A stretch of DNA of 64,000 bases from Acidobacteriota bacterium (GTDB taxonomy: Bacteria; Acidobacteriota; Aminicenantia; Aminicenantales; Saccharicenantaceae): assembly GCA_014894455.1 (NCBI GenBank), contig JADBLN010000116.1, positions 9,393 through 73,392 on the forward strand, read 5' to 3'. The notes beneath the pieces were generated by a model. The model was not told the origin of the DNA, did not search any database, and was given only the letters and a program-made list of their open reading frames with translations. A program made the translations under genes and the position numbers. Below, in pieces: positions 17,882 to 28,340 of the stretch (position 1 is the first letter of the stretch; every line of letters starts with the position of its first letter).

Positions 17882-19260
17882 CCCCTTCTCCCCCGGATCC
17901 GGCTGCGGCGCATGAAACCGTCGTAGTGGCGCATGACGAGCTGGGCCTCGATCTGCTGCATGGTGTCCATGGCCACGCCCACGACAATGAGGATGGAGGT
18001 GCCGCCGAACATAAATTCGACGCCGAGGCCCTGGGTGATGAACTTGGGCAGGTTGGCCTCGAGGAAGGGGCCGATCCAGGGCAGGGCCTGGGCCTTGAAG
18101 CCCGTGATCATGAACTCGGGCAGGATGGCCACTGCGGCGAGGTAGATCGCGCCGGCGAGGGTGATCCGGCTGAGGACGTCGTCGATGTAGTCCGAGGTGG
18201 TCTTCCCCGGCCGGATGCCCGGGATGAAGCCGCCGTATTTGCGGAGGTTGTCGGCGACGTCGACCGGGTTGAAGATGATCGAGATGTAGAAATAGGTGAA
18301 GAAGATGATGGCCCCGATATAGACCAGGTTGTAGAGGGGCATGCCCAGCCCGAACTGGGCGGCGACCGCCTGGATGACGGGGACCTTGATGAGGTTGGCC
18401 GCCGTGGCCGGGATGGTGATGACCGAGGCGGCGAAGATGATCGGGATGACGCCGCCCGTGTTGACGCGGAGAGGCAGGTGGGTGCTCTGGCCGCCGTAGA
18501 CCTTCCGGCCGACGACCCGTTTCGCGTACGAGACGGGGATGCGGCGCTGACCCCGTTCGACGAAGACGATGAAGGCGATGACCGCGACCATGATGGCGCC
18601 CAGGAAGATCATCTTGAGGGGGTCCATGGCGCCGGTCCGCAGGCCGGAGACCATCTGGTTTAACCCGGCCGGGAAGTTGACGACGATGCCGGCGAAGATG
18701 ATGAGCGAGATGCCGTTGCCGATGCCGCGCTCCGAGATCTGTTCGCCGAGCCACATGACGAAGACGGTCCCCGTCGTCAGGGTCAGGATTGTCAGCAGCA
18801 TGAAGCCCCAGCCCGGGTGAATGACGACGCTCGCCCCGGCCGGGGTCTTGAGGTTCTGGAGGAAGAAGGCGATCCCGATCGCCTGGATGAGGCAGATGAT
18901 GATCGTCCCGTAGCGCGTGTACTGGGTGATCTTCTTCCGGCCGAGCTCGCCTTCCTTGGACAGGCGCTCGAGGTACGGCCAGACGACCGTCAGCAGCTGC
19001 AGGATGATGGACGCGCTGATGTAGGGCATGATGCCCAGAGCGAAGATGGTCATCCGGGACATGTTCCGACCGGAGAACAGGTCGATGAATCCCAGCAGGG
19101 ACCCCTTCTGGGACTGCCAGAACTCGGCCAGAGCCGTCGCGCTCAGACCGGGGTTGGGGATCACCCCGCCGATCCGGTAGACCGCGAGGAGGAGGAGGGT
19201 GAAGATGACCCTCTTCCGCAGCTCGGGAATGCTGAAGATATTGCGGACGCTGTCTAACAT
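17878..19260 (-). CDS. secY: Preprotein translocase subunit SecY
   Basis: It begins [25 protein letters not shown] and has 10-TM SecY similarity. The upstream part of the 658-aa track ORF is read-through over rplO/rpmD. Confidence 0.95.
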   Translation of the reverse strand: MLDSVRNIFSIPELRKRVIFTLLLLAVYRIGGVIPNPGLSATALAEFWQSQKGSLLGFIDLFSGRNMSRMTIFALGIMPYISASIILQLLTVVWPYLERLSKEGELGRKKITQYTRYGTIIICLIQAIGIAFFLQNLKTPAGASVVIHPGWGFMLLTILTLTTGTVFVMWLGEQISERGIGNGISLIIFAGIVVNFPAGLNQMVSGLRTGAMDPLKMIFLGAIMVAVIAFIVFVERGQRRIPVSYAKRVVGRKVYGGQSTHLPLRVNTGGVIPIIFAASVITIPATAANLIKVPVIQAVAAQFGLGMPLYNLVYIGAIIFFTYFYISIIFNPVDVADNLRKYGGFIPGIRPGKTTSDYIDDVLSRITLAGAIYLAAVAILPEFMITGFKAQALPWIGPFLEANLPKFITQGLGVEFMFGGTSILIVVGVAMDTMQQIEAQLVMRHYDGFMRRSRIRGRRG

Positions 19261-19706
19261 GGGTCTTTCCCGATGACGACGGCCTGGCCGCCCCTGGCCT
19301 CGATCTTCTTCACGGCCGACTCTGAGAATTGGTGGGCGTGGATGGTCTTGGCCGAGGTGAGGTCGCCCCGCCCGAGGACCTTCACCCGCTCGGATTCCTT
19401 CTTGATCAGGCCGTGGTCGGCCATGTCCTTGGGCCGGATCTCTTCTTTCCGGAGCTTGGCCAGGCGGTCCAGGTTGACGACCGTCAACTCGGTCCGGTGG
19501 ATGTTGGTGAAGCCGCGCTTGGGGATGCGCCGGGTGAGGGGCATCTGGCCGCCCTCGAACCCGCGTTTGCGGGAATAGCCGCTGCCGGATTTCTGGCCCT
19601 TGCTGCCCCGCCCAGCGGTCTTCCCCCAGCCGGAGCCGGGGCCCCGCCCCACCCGCTTTCGGTCCTTCCTCGATCCTTGGGCCGGTTTCAGGTTGCTGAG
19701 GTTCAT
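19254..19706 (-). CDS. rplO: 50S ribosomal protein L15
   Basis: It contains [28 protein letters not shown]. Confidence 0.97.
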   Translation of the reverse strand: MNLSNLKPAQGSRKDRKRVGRGPGSGWGKTAGRGSKGQKSGSGYSRKRGFEGGQMPLTRRIPKRGFTNIHRTELTVVNLDRLAKLRKEEIRPKDMADHGLIKKESERVKVLGRGDLTSAKTIHAHQFSESAVKKIEARGGQAVVIGKDPC

Positions 19707-19954
19707 GGCTTCTCCACCGTTTCCACCTTGAGGACGTGGATGATCTTGTGGACCATCCCGAGCGTCTCGGGAGTCTCCTTGAGCACCGCGTGGGAGTTGA
19801 GCTTACGCAGGCCGAGGCCCTTGGCCGTCTCCCACTGGACGCGGGGGTAGCCAATGAGACTCCGGACGAGAGTGACCTTCACGTACTTCGTGGCGGCCGC
19901 TGCTTTTTCCGCGCGCTTCGGCGTCTTCTTGGGTTTGGTTTCTTTGTCCGTCAT
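19703..19954 (-). CDS. rpmD: 50S ribosomal protein L30 (with ~23-aa basic N-terminal extension)
   Basis: The core is [25 protein letters not shown]. It has an ATGA overlap with the rpsE stop. Confidence 0.9.
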   Translation of the reverse strand: MTDKETKPKKTPKRAEKAAAATKYVKVTLVRSLIGYPRVQWETAKGLGLRKLNSHAVLKETPETLGMVHKIIHVLKVETVEKP

Positions 19955-20469
19955 AGCGCACCTTTCGCCTTTCCGCGCATCTTGGCCACGTCCTCGGGGT
20001 TCCGGATCTGCCGCAGGGCGTCCAAGGTCGCGTTGGCGACACTGAGGGGGTTGTTGCTGCGGATGGACTTGGTCAGGATGTCCCGGATGCCGGCGAGCTG
20101 CATGATGACGCGGACCGCGCCGCCGGCGATGACGCCCGTGCCCTTCGAGGCCGGACGCAAGACGACCAGCCCGGCCCCGTCCACCCCCTTGACGAGATGG
20201 GGGATGGTCGTGTCGGCCAGGGGCACCCGGATCATGCTCTTCCGCGCCGCTTCGATGCCCTTGGCGATGGCCTGCGGGACTTCGCGGGCCTTGCCCTTGC
20301 CGATGCCGACCCGGCCCCGTTCGTCGCCGACGGCGACGAGGGCCGAAAAGCTCATGTTCTTGCCGCCCTTGACGACCTTGGTGACCCGGCGGATGGAAAT
20401 GACCTGGTCCTTGAGCTCCATGCCGTCTTCATCGAGAACTCCGACTTTCCTGTGTTTACGATCGTCCAC
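19951..20469 (-). CDS. rpsE: 30S ribosomal protein S5
   Basis: It contains [27 protein letters not shown]. Confidence 0.97.
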   Translation of the reverse strand: MDDRKHRKVGVLDEDGMELKDQVISIRRVTKVVKGGKNMSFSALVAVGDERGRVGIGKGKAREVPQAIAKGIEAARKSMIRVPLADTTIPHLVKGVDGAGLVVLRPASKGTGVIAGGAVRVIMQLAGIRDILTKSIRSNNPLSVANATLDALRQIRNPEDVAKMRGKAKGAL

Positions 20470-20498
20470 GCTTGTCTCTCCTTAATTCGGCCGTCCGC

Positions 20499-20873
20499 TC
20501 AGAACTGGATGCCTTCTTTCCGGATGGCGTCCGCCAGGGTCTTGATGCCTCCGTGATAGGGGTGGACCCCCCGGTCGAAAACGACCCGCTCGATCTTGGC
20601 CGCCTTGAGCCGCTTGCCCAGGAGTTCGCCGAGAAGGCCGCAGGCGTCCTTGTTCTTGGTGCTCTTGGCTTTTTCGCGGAACTCCTTCTCCAGGGTCGAA
20701 GCGGTCAGGAGGACCGAGCCCGCCAGGTCGTCGATCACTTGGGTATAGATATAGGTGTTGCTCTTGAACACGTGGACCCGGGGCCGCTCGGGCGTCCCCT
20801 TGACCTTCTCCCGGATCCGTTTCCGGAGACGGTCGTCCCGCACCTTTTTTTCGATCGTCTTGTCTTTAAGCAC
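20499..20873 (-). CDS. rplR: 50S ribosomal protein L18
   Basis: It contains RPRVHVFKSNTYIYTQVIDD...YHGGIKTLADA. Confidence 0.97.
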   Translation of the reverse strand: MLKDKTIEKKVRDDRLRKRIREKVKGTPERPRVHVFKSNTYIYTQVIDDLAGSVLLTASTLEKEFREKAKSTKNKDACGLLGELLGKRLKAAKIERVVFDRGVHPYHGGIKTLADAIRKEGIQF

Positions 20874-21411
20874 CGGTCACCCCCGCCTTTCGTTCTTTTT
20901 TAATGAGCTTCTCGCCGAGGTAGCGGACGCCCTTCTGCTTGTAGGGATCCGGGATGCGGAGTCTCTTGATGTCGTCGGCGACCTGGCCCACTTTCTGCCG
21001 GTCGATGCCCCGGATGGTGAGCAGCGTGGGTTTCTCGGCGACGACCTCGACGCCCTCGGGGACGGCGTAGATGATCGGCCGAGAATAGCCCAGGTTGAGC
21101 TCAACCTTGTTCTTGTCGACCTTGGCCTTGTAGCCGACGCCGACGATCTCCAGCTTCTTGAAGAATCCTTCGGACACCCCGGCGACGGCGTTCCGGGCCA
21201 GGGCCCGGCAGAGGCCGTGGTTGGCCCGGGCGGTCTGGGTCTCTTCTGCCCGGACCAGGACGAGGTTCGTCCCTTCCAGGGCGGCGGAGATGCCCGGCTG
21301 GAGCGGCGAGGAGAGCTTCCCCTTCGGCCCCTCGAAATCGATCCTGTCCGGATGGGGCGTGACGGTCACGCCCGCCGGTATCGTGATGGGCTTTTTCCCG
21401 ACTCTTGACAT
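20866..21411 (-). CDS. rplF: 50S ribosomal protein L6
   Basis: It contains MSRVGKKPITIPAGVTV...YKQKGVRY. Confidence 0.97.
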   Translation of the reverse strand: MSRVGKKPITIPAGVTVTPHPDRIDFEGPKGKLSSPLQPGISAALEGTNLVLVRAEETQTARANHGLCRALARNAVAGVSEGFFKKLEIVGVGYKAKVDKNKVELNLGYSRPIIYAVPEGVEVVAEKPTLLTIRGIDRQKVGQVADDIKRLRIPDPYKQKGVRYLGEKLIKKERKAGVTGA

Positions 21412-21429
21412 GGTACCCTCTCCTTGCGC

Positions 21430-21819
21430 TTACCAGATGCTGCAGAGGACTTCGCCGCCCGCCCCCAGCTCCTCGCACGACCGCCCCGTCAGCACGCCCC
21501 GGGAGGTGGAGACGATGACGAGGCCCAGGCCGTCCAGGACCTTGGGAACGGAATCCTTGGTGCAGTAGATCCGGCAGCCCGGCTTGCTGACCCGCTTGAT
21601 GCCGCTGATGACGCTCTTGTTGTCCTCGGTGTACTTGAGCGTCACGTTGAGGATCCCCTGCTTGCTGTCCTCGATGACCTTGTAGTTCTTGACGTACCCC
21701 TCCTCCCTGAGGATTTTGACGACCTCGACCCCCAGCCGGCAGGAGGGGATGTTGACTTCCCTCTTCTTGGACTTCGCGCCGTTACGAATCCGGGTAAGCA
21801 GATCTGAAATGGAATCCAT
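21430..21819 (-). CDS. rpsH: 30S ribosomal protein S8
   Basis: It contains SDLLTRIRNG...GLVIVSTSRGVLT. Confidence 0.97.
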   Translation of the reverse strand: MDSISDLLTRIRNGAKSKKREVNIPSCRLGVEVVKILREEGYVKNYKVIEDSKQGILNVTLKYTEDNKSVISGIKRVSKPGCRIYCTKDSVPKVLDGLGLVIVSTSRGVLTGRSCEELGAGGEVLCSIW

Positions 21820-21840
21820 GGTTTGATCCTTTCTCCGATG

Positions 21841-22026
21841 TCACCAGGACGACTTCGTGACGCCCGGGATCTCCCCCTTGAGGGCGAGCTCGCGGAAGCA
21901 CAGGCGGCAGAGGTCGAACTTCCGGTAATAGGCCCGGGGGCGGCCGCAGAGCCGGCAGCGGTGGCGGATCCGTATCGCGTATTTCGGTTTCCTGACCATT
22001 TTGGCCATGCGCGCTGAAGTTGCCAC
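21841..22026 (-). CDS. rpsN: 30S ribosomal protein S14 type Z (Zn form)
   Basis: It is 61 aa and has CRLCGRP...CRLCFR. Confidence 0.97.
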   Translation of the reverse strand: MATSARMAKMVRKPKYAIRIRHRCRLCGRPRAYYRKFDLCRLCFRELALKGEIPGVTKSSW

Positions 22027-22040
22027 GTTTACCTCGCTTC

Positions 22041-22583
22041 TCAGGATTCCCGGAAAGGCATGCCCAGCTTCTTGAGGAGAGCCAGGGCTTCCTTGTCCGT
22101 CCGGGCCGTCGTGACGATGGTGATGTTCATCCCCCGCGGCCGCTCGACCTTGGTGTAATCGATCTCGGGGAACACGAGCTGGTCGCGCATCCCCAGGGTG
22201 TAGTTGCCCCGGCTGTCGAAGGACGTGGCCGGAACGCCGCGGAAGTCCCGGACCCGCGGCAGGACGATGTTGACCAACCGGTCGAAGAACTCGTACATCC
22301 TCCGGTTCCGGAGGGTGACGTAGCAGGCGATGGGCTGGCCCTTCCTCAGCTTGAAGGACGAAATCGACTTCTTGGCCCGCCCGATGCCGGGGAGCTGGCC
22401 GGTGATCAGGGCCAGCTCGGCCTTGGCCGTGTCCAGGAGCTTGCTGTTCTGGATGGCGTCGCCGACGCCGACGTTGACGATGATCTTGTCCAGGCGGGGC
22501 ACGGCCATGATATTCGTGATGCCGAGCTCCTTCTGGAGCTCGGGAACCACGTCTTTCCGGTACCTGTCTAATAAGCGGCTCAT
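22041..22583 (-). CDS. rplE: 50S ribosomal protein L5
   Basis: It contains [15 protein letters not shown]...[15 protein letters not shown]. Confidence 0.97.
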   Translation of the reverse strand: MSRLLDRYRKDVVPELQKELGITNIMAVPRLDKIIVNVGVGDAIQNSKLLDTAKAELALITGQLPGIGRAKKSISSFKLRKGQPIACYVTLRNRRMYEFFDRLVNIVLPRVRDFRGVPATSFDSRGNYTLGMRDQLVFPEIDYTKVERPRGMNITIVTTARTDKEALALLKKLGMPFRES

Positions 22584-22593
22584 TGGGGCATCC

Positions 22594-22929
22594 TCACTTC
22601 TGCTTCTCGATCATCGTCTCGCACCGGTGGCAGAGCCGGATCTTGCTGCCGTCCTCGAGCCTCCGGCTCCGGGCGCGCACGCCCTGCCCGCACTCCGGGC
22701 AGTAGAGCATGACGTTGGCCACGGCGATCGGAGTCTCCTTCTCCATGACCCCGCCCTGGACGTTCCGGCTGCGGTCGGCCTTGACGAAGTGCTTGCTGAA
22801 ATTGATCCTCTCGACGATGACCCGGTTGGTCTCGGGGAAGAGCTTCAGGACCTTACCCGTCTTCCCCTTGTCTTTGCCGCGGATGACGAAGACGATGTCG
22901 TTCTTCTTGAGCTGGATCTTGTGCATCAC
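22594..22929 (-). CDS. rplX: 50S ribosomal protein L24 (with C-terminal CxxC...CxxC ribbon)
   Basis: It has a KOW motif ([20 protein letters not shown]) and CPECG...CHRC near the C-terminus. Confidence 0.95.
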   Translation of the reverse strand: MMHKIQLKKNDIVFVIRGKDKGKTGKVLKLFPETNRVIVERINFSKHFVKADRSRNVQGGVMEKETPIAVANVMLYCPECGQGVRARSRRLEDGSKIRLCHRCETMIEKQK

Positions 22930-23294
22930 AGGACCTCCGGGGCGAGGGAGATGATCTTCATGAACTTCCGTTCCCGGAGTTCGCGCCCCACCGGGCCGAA
23001 CACGCGCGTCCCCACGGGTTCTCCCGCCTTGTCGATGATCACCGCGGCGTTGTCCTCGAACCGGATGTAGGACCCGTCCTTGCGGCGCATCTCCTTGCGG
23101 GTGCGGACGACGACCGCCCGGATGACCGTGCCCTTCTTGACCTTGCTCTCCGGGGCGGCTTCCTTGACGGTCGCGGAGATGACGTCCCCGATCCGGGCGA
23201 TCCGGCCGACGCTGCCGCCAAGCGGCGTGATGGCCATGATCCGCCGGGCGCCGGAGTTGTCGGCGACCTTGAGCATCGTGTTCATCTGGATCAT
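22926..23294 (-). CDS. rplN: 50S ribosomal protein L14
   Basis: It contains [22 protein letters not shown]. Confidence 0.97.
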   Translation of the reverse strand: MIQMNTMLKVADNSGARRIMAITPLGGSVGRIARIGDVISATVKEAAPESKVKKGTVIRAVVVRTRKEMRRKDGSYIRFEDNAAVIIDKAGEPVGTRVFGPVGRELRERKFMKIISLAPEVL

Positions 23295-23593
23295 TTCAAC
23301 TCTCCGCTATCGATCTCGGACGCCGTCGCTGCCGGCGTCAGGCCGACGATCTCGAGGACGCGCCAGCGCTTCATCTTGCTGATCGGCCGCGTCTCGATGA
23401 TCCGGACGACGTCGCCGAGCTTGCACTTCTCAGTCTCATCGTGGACGAGGAACGTCTGCTTCCTCCGGATGGTCTTCTTGTAGAGCGGGTGACGGATCTG
23501 CCGTTCCACCTGGACCGTGACCGTCTTCTTCATCTTCTTGGCGACGACCTTCCCGACCTTGGTCGTCTTCCGTTTCTGTCCTGTGGTGTCCAT
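23291..23593 (-). CDS. rpsQ: 30S ribosomal protein S17
   Basis: It contains [27 protein letters not shown]. Confidence 0.97.
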   Translation of the reverse strand: MDTTGQKRKTTKVGKVVAKKMKKTVTVQVERQIRHPLYKKTIRRKQTFLVHDETEKCKLGDVVRIIETRPISKMKRWRVLEIVGLTPAATASEIDSGELK

Positions 23594-23596
23594 GCG

Positions 23597-23794
23597 CTAC
23601 TCCGTTGCCTTCGGCGTTTGGTTCAAGAGCGTCTTGATGCGGGCGATGTCCCTCCTGATGTTCTTGATCTTCATCGGGCTCTCCAACTGCCCCAGGGACT
23701 TCTGGAACCGGAGCTTGAAGAGCTGGTCGACGAGCTCCGCCTCCCTGTGCTTCAGCTCGTCCGCCGACATCTCTTTCAGTTCTTTGATCTTCAT
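23597..23794 (-). CDS. rpmC: 50S ribosomal protein L29
   Basis: It contains [31 protein letters not shown]. The start overlaps the rplP stop (ATGA); the longer track ORF is read-through. Confidence 0.95.
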   Translation of the reverse strand: MKIKELKEMSADELKHREAELVDQLFKLRFQKSLGQLESPMKIKNIRRDIARIKTLLNQTPKATE

Positions 23795-24213
23795 CTGAGT
23801 TCTCTCGCTTCCCGGGAGATGAAACGCGTCTTGATGGGCAGCTTGTGGCCGGCCAGGCGCATGGCCTCCCGGGCCTCCTCGAGACTGACCCCTTCGAGCT
23901 CGAAGAGGATCTTGCCCGGGCGGATGACGTCGACCCAGAATTCGGGGTCGCCCTTGCCCTTGCCCATGCGGACCTCGGTCGGCTTTTTGGTGACCGACTT
24001 CCAGGGGAAGGTCCGGATCCACAACTTGCCCTTTCTCTTCATGTGCCGGGAAATGGTGATGCGGCCGGCCTCGATCTGACGCGAGGTCAGCCAGCCGGGT
24101 TCGAGGGCCTGCAGGCCGAACTCGCCGAACGTCAGCGTGCCGCCCCGCAGGGCCTTGCCCCGCATGCGGCCGCGCTGCTGCTTGCGATACTTGACTTTCG
24201 CGGGCATCAACAT
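23791..24213 (-). CDS. rplP: 50S ribosomal protein L16
   Basis: It contains [19 protein letters not shown]. Confidence 0.97.
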   Translation of the reverse strand: MLMPAKVKYRKQQRGRMRGKALRGGTLTFGEFGLQALEPGWLTSRQIEAGRITISRHMKRKGKLWIRTFPWKSVTKKPTEVRMGKGKGDPEFWVDVIRPGKILFELEGVSLEEAREAMRLAGHKLPIKTRFISREARELR

Positions 24214-24215
24214 GG

Positions 24216-24884
24216 CTAAATCTCCTCGACTTCGGCCACCTGGGAGGTCATCTTGGGCTTCTCGACGTCGCCCCGGTAGACCCAAACCTTGATGCCGATC
24301 TGGCCGTAGGTTGTAAAGGCCTCGGTGCGGGCGAAGTCGATGTCCGCCCGCAGCGTTTGCAAGGGGAGCCGCCCCCTCAGGTACCACTCCGAGCGGGCGA
24401 TCTCCACGCCGCCGAGACGGCCGGCGCACATGACCTTGATGCCCTTGGCCCCCATCTTGAGGGCGAATTCCACGGCCTTCCGCATGGCCCGGCGGTAGGC
24501 GATGCGCTTCTCGAGCTGGACGGCGATGCTCTCGCCGATGAGGAGGGCGTTGAGCTCGGGCCGGTCAACTTCGCGGATGTCGACGTAGACATCCCTCTTG
24601 GCGATCGTCTCCAGTAAGGCCTTGAGGCTCTCGATCTCCTTGCCGCCGCGGCCGATGATGATCCCCGGCCGGGCCGTGTGGATGATGACCCGGATCTTCG
24701 GGCCGATGCGCTCGACGTCGACCTCGGCAATGCCGGCGTGGAAATACTTCTCCTTGATGGCCTTTTTCATCCGCAGGTCCTCATGGATGAGCCGGGGGTA
24801 GTCCGGGCCCTTGGCGAACCAGCGGGACGTCCACTGCTTGTTGAAGCCGAGCCGAAACCCGTATGGATGCGTTTTTTGTCCCAC
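24216..24884 (-). CDS. rpsC: 30S ribosomal protein S3
   Basis: It contains [18 protein letters not shown] and a KH domain. Confidence 0.97.
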   Translation of the reverse strand: MGQKTHPYGFRLGFNKQWTSRWFAKGPDYPRLIHEDLRMKKAIKEKYFHAGIAEVDVERIGPKIRVIIHTARPGIIIGRGGKEIESLKALLETIAKRDVYVDIREVDRPELNALLIGESIAVQLEKRIAYRRAMRKAVEFALKMGAKGIKVMCAGRLGGVEIARSEWYLRGRLPLQTLRADIDFARTEAFTTYGQIGIKVWVYRGDVEKPKMTSQVAEVEEI

Positions 24885-24887
24885 GTC

Positions 24888-25247
24888 TCATCTCCCTTTT
24901 TCGTCGAGAAAGATATGCACATGGCTCGTCCGCTTCTGGACGCGGTAGGCCCGACCCATGGGCGCCGGGCGGATCCGCTTGGCCACGGGGCCTCCGTTGA
25001 TCTGGATCCGCGAGACATAGAGCTTGTCGACGTCGACGTTCGGCGACTTCTGCTGGGCGTTGGCGATGGCCGAGCGGAGGACCTTCTGCAGGATGGCGGC
25101 GATCTTTTTCTTGTCGCTGAAGCGCAGGATCGTCAGGGCCTCCCCGGCGAGCCTGTCCCGGATGAGGTCGGCCACGAGGCGGCCCTTCTGGGGGCTCATC
25201 CGGATGTACCGGGCGACGGCATGGGACAGGGGTTTTGGCCCGTTCAT
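24888..25247 (-). CDS. rplV: 50S ribosomal protein L22
   Basis: It contains [19 protein letters not shown]. Confidence 0.97.
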   Translation of the reverse strand: MNGPKPLSHAVARYIRMSPQKGRLVADLIRDRLAGEALTILRFSDKKKIAAILQKVLRSAIANAQQKSPNVDVDKLYVSRIQINGGPVAKRIRPAPMGRAYRVQKRTSHVHIFLDEKGR

Positions 25248-25537
25248 GTCTTCCCTACCTTGAGCTGCTTGGCGGTCTTGGACGTGTGCCCCTTGAAATA
25301 CCGGGTCGGGGAGAACTCCCCAAGCTTGTGCCCGACCATGTTCTCGGTGACGAAGACCGGGATGAACTTCCGGCCGTTGTGGACGCCGATGGTCATGCCG
25401 ACCATCTCGGGGATGATCGTGGACCGGCGGGACCAGGTCTTGATGACCTGGCGCTTGCCCGCGGGCGTCGCCAGGGCCTGGACCTTCTCCAGGAGGTGGC
25501 CGTCGATGAACGGGCCCTTCTTCAATGATCTGCTCAT
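25244..25537 (-). CDS. rpsS: 30S ribosomal protein S19
   Basis: It contains [16 protein letters not shown]...[11 protein letters not shown]. Confidence 0.97.
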   Translation of the reverse strand: MSRSLKKGPFIDGHLLEKVQALATPAGKRQVIKTWSRRSTIIPEMVGMTIGVHNGRKFIPVFVTENMVGHKLGEFSPTRYFKGHTSKTAKQLKVGKT

Positions 25538-25539
25538 GG

Positions 25540-26367
25540 TTACTTGCTCCTCCGCCGCATGATGAAGGACTGCGTCCGCTTATTCCGCCGCGTCTTGAAG
25601 CCCTTGGTCGGGATGCCCTCCGGGCTCACCGGATGGCGGCCGCCCTTGGAGCGGCCTTCTCCGCCGCCGTGCGGATGGTCGACCGGGTTCATGGCCGTGC
25701 CGCGGACATGGGGACGGATGCCCTTCCAGCGGCTTCGGCCGGCCTTGCCGACACTGATGTTGGAGTGGTCGAGGTTGCCGATCTGGCCGATCGTCGCCCG
25801 GCAGTCGAGGTGGACCTTCCGGATCTCGGACGACGGCATCCGGACCTGGGCGTAGTCCCCTTCCTTGGCCAGGATCTGGGCGCCGGCCCCGGCGGACTTG
25901 GCGACCTGGCCGCCCTTGTCCTTCCGGAGCTCGATATTGTGGATGACCGTTCCGAGCGGGATGAAGCGCAGGGGCATGGCGTTGCCCGGCAGGATGTCGG
26001 CCTGGCGGTCGGTCGAAACGATCGCCTGCCCGACCTGCAGCCCGACGGGGTAGATGATGTAGCGCCTCTCGCCGTCCCGGTACTTCACGAGGGAGATGAA
26101 GGACGAACGGTTGGGGTCGTATTCGACGGTCTCCACGGTGCCCGGGATGTCGATCTTGTCCCTCTTGAAATCGATGACCCGGTAGAGCCTCTTGTGACCG
26201 CCTCCCCTGTTCCGCATGGACAGGTGCCCGCGGCTGTCGCGCCCGCCGGACTTGGGCAGGAACACGAGCAGGGGCTTATAGGGGCCGTCTCCGCTCAGCT
26301 CTTCGAACCGGTTGCCCGTCCTGTGACGCAAGCCGGGCGTTCTTGGCCTGTATGTTTTGATGCCCAT
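25540..26367 (-). CDS. rplB: 50S ribosomal protein L2
   Basis: It contains [15 protein letters not shown]...[13 protein letters not shown]. Confidence 0.97.
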   Translation of the reverse strand: MGIKTYRPRTPGLRHRTGNRFEELSGDGPYKPLLVFLPKSGGRDSRGHLSMRNRGGGHKRLYRVIDFKRDKIDIPGTVETVEYDPNRSSFISLVKYRDGERRYIIYPVGLQVGQAIVSTDRQADILPGNAMPLRFIPLGTVIHNIELRKDKGGQVAKSAGAGAQILAKEGDYAQVRMPSSEIRKVHLDCRATIGQIGNLDHSNISVGKAGRSRWKGIRPHVRGTAMNPVDHPHGGGEGRSKGGRHPVSPEGIPTKGFKTRRNKRTQSFIMRRRSK

Positions 26368-26369
26368 GG

Positions 26370-26666
26370 TTATACCGCCTCGAAGTATTCGATCGGTTTC
26401 TCGCCTTCCTGGAGCCGGACGTAGGCCTTCTTCCAGTCCTTCGTCCTGCCCACGTTCCGGCCGACGCGGCGGACCTTGCCCGTCTTCATCTGGGTCCGGA
26501 CTTCGGCGACCTTGGTCTTGAACAGCAGTTCGATGGCATTCTTGATCTCGATCTTGTTGGCGCGCCTGGCGACCTCGAAGCAGATGACCCCGCTCGTTGC
26601 CTTGAGCTGGGTCGTCTTTTCCGTGATGACCGGACGGATGATGATTTTATGGGGGTCTTTGATCAC
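26370..26666 (-). CDS. rplW: 50S ribosomal protein L23
   Basis: It contains [13 protein letters not shown]...KKAYVRL. Confidence 0.97.
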   Translation of the reverse strand: MIKDPHKIIIRPVITEKTTQLKATSGVICFEVARRANKIEIKNAIELLFKTKVAEVRTQMKTGKVRRVGRNVGRTKDWKKAYVRLQEGEKPIEYFEAV

Positions 26667-27283
26667 TTCAATTTCTCCAGGACGGCCTCGAACGCCCTGC
26701 GGCTGAAGGCCAGCCGCTTGTAGGCGAGGACGTCGTAGATGTTGAGGCCGGAGACATCGACCGCCTTGACCCGGGGCAGGTTCCGGACCGCGAGGAACAG
26801 GTTCGCGTTGTCGTGAAGGTCGACGAGCAGGGCCGAGTCGAGCTTGAACGCCTTGAGCAGGGCGACGGCCTCCCGGGTCTTGGGTTCCTTGACCTCGAAC
26901 TCGCTGACGACGACGAGCTCCCCGGACGCATGCTTCCCGGCCAGGGCCGCGCGGAGGGCGCTCCGTTTGGCCTTCTTCGGCAGCTCGTAGGAATAATCGC
27001 GGGGCTGGGGGCCGAAGACCGTGCCGCCCTTTCTCCAGAGAGGTGAGCGCGTGCTGCCGACACGGGCCCGACCCGTCCCTTTCTGCCGCCAGGGCTTCTT
27101 GCCGCCGCCGCGGACGAAGGCCCGGGTTTTCGTCGCCGCCGTCCCCTGGCGCTGGTTGGCCCGGTAGTTGATGACGGCCTCGTAGATCAGGTGGTCGTTC
27201 GCGGCTTGGGAGAAGATGCTCTCCGGCAGGTCCACCTGGGCCGCCGCCTGGCCGCTTCGGTCGATGATGTCGAGTTTCTCCAT
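26663..27283 (-). CDS. rplD: 50S ribosomal protein L4
   Basis: It contains GGGKKPWRQKGTGRARVGSTRSPLWRKGG. I preferred ATG 27283 behind GGAGAAGAGGG; GTG 27304, which overlaps the rplC stop, is the alternative. Confidence 0.93.
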   Translation of the reverse strand: MEKLDIIDRSGQAAAQVDLPESIFSQAANDHLIYEAVINYRANQRQGTAATKTRAFVRGGGKKPWRQKGTGRARVGSTRSPLWRKGGTVFGPQPRDYSYELPKKAKRSALRAALAGKHASGELVVVSEFEVKEPKTREAVALLKAFKLDSALLVDLHDNANLFLAVRNLPRVKAVDVSGLNIYDVLAYKRLAFSRRAFEAVLEKLK

Positions 27284-27300
27284 GGTGCCCTCTTCTCCGT

Positions 27301-27948
27301 TCACTTCGCCCGCGGGGAAACGAACGTCCCTTTCTTGATCAGGACGTATCCCCCTTTGGCTCCGGGCACCGCGCCCTTGACCAGGAGGAGATTGTTGTCC
27401 TTGTCCGTGGCCACGACCTTGAGCTTCCGGACGGTGACCCGGTCATCGCCCATGTGGCCGCCCATGCGCATGCCCTTGACGACGCGCGAGGGGTAGGACG
27501 AGGCGCCGATCGAACCGGGCGCCCGGTGGAACATGGAGCCGTGGGAGGCGCCGCCGCCGGCGAAATGGTGCCTCTTGACGACGCCGGCGAAGCCCTTGCC
27601 CTTGCTCGTCCCGACGACGTGGATCGTCTCGCCGACCTCGAAGATGTCGACGAGGACCTGGTCGCCTTCCTTGACCGCGGCGGGGTCGCTGCAGCCGACT
27701 TCCTGGAGCTTCCTGACGACGGGGACGCCGGATCTCTTGAAATGGCCGATCTGGGGCTTCCGCGGTTTACGGACGCCCCGCTCCTCGACGAACCCGAGCT
27801 GGACCGCGACGTAGCCGTCCTTCTCGACGGTCTTCATCTGGATGACCGTGCACGGCCCGGCCTTGAGGATGGTGATGGGGATGACGTTGCCGGCGTCGTC
27901 GAACTGCTGGGTCATGCCGATTTTCTTGCCGATCAATCCTTCGACCAT
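27301..27948 (-). CDS. rplC: 50S ribosomal protein L3
   Basis: It contains [10 protein letters not shown]...[13 protein letters not shown]. Confidence 0.97.
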   Translation of the reverse strand: MVEGLIGKKIGMTQQFDDAGNVIPITILKAGPCTVIQMKTVEKDGYVAVQLGFVEERGVRKPRKPQIGHFKRSGVPVVRKLQEVGCSDPAAVKEGDQVLVDIFEVGETIHVVGTSKGKGFAGVVKRHHFAGGGASHGSMFHRAPGSIGASSYPSRVVKGMRMGGHMGDDRVTVRKLKVVATDKDNNLLLVKGAVPGAKGGYVLIKKGTFVSPRAK

Positions 27949-27950
27949 GG

Positions 27951-28268
27951 TTACTCTCCCGCTCCGTAGGCCTGGATCTCGACGTCGATCCCGGCCGGCA
28001 GGTCCAGCTTCTGGAGCTCCTCGATCGTCTCGTTGTTATACTCGCTGATGTCGATGAGCCGTTTGTGGATCCGCATCTCGAATTGCTCACGCGACTTCTT
28101 GTCGACGTGCGGAGAACGGAGGACGCAGAACTTATGGATGCGCGTCGGCAGGGGGATGGGGCCCGCGACATGGGCGCCCGTGCGTTTCGCCTTGACGACG
28201 ATCTCCTTCACGGATTGATCCAGCAGGCGGTGGTCAAAGGACTTTAAGCGGATTCTTATTTTTTCCAT
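27951..28268 (-). CDS. rpsJ: 30S ribosomal protein S10
   Basis: It contains [17 protein letters not shown]...GPIPLPT. Confidence 0.97.
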   Translation of the reverse strand: MEKIRIRLKSFDHRLLDQSVKEIVVKAKRTGAHVAGPIPLPTRIHKFCVLRSPHVDKKSREQFEMRIHKRLIDISEYNNETIEELQKLDLPAGIDVEIQAYGAGE

Positions 28269-28340
28269 CGTTCGTTCCTCTGTTCTCCGAATTCCTCTCC
28301 CGGGCCGTCGAGCCCGGCGGACCCTCGGCGGCGGCCGCCG

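Noticed and set aside
22594-22929. A CxxC...CxxC zinc-ribbon-like C-terminus in ribosomal protein L24 (CPECG...CHRC), alongside Zn forms of S14, L33, L36, S4 and the Adk lid.
   Set aside because: A comparable Cys-containing L24 C-terminus exists in Thermus-type L24 as I recall it. Zn-binding (C+) ribosomal protein variants are a well-known lineage trait, so this is descriptive rather than novel.
28269-28340. I looked for an S10-leader-like regulatory structure or a promoter between tuf and rpsJ, and for an rplL-rpoB attenuator at 41197-41274.
   Set aside because: Only a short GC hairpin (CCGGGC...GCCCGG) without a U-tract is present, and there are no -35/-10 hexamers. Nothing here can be supported from sequence alone.
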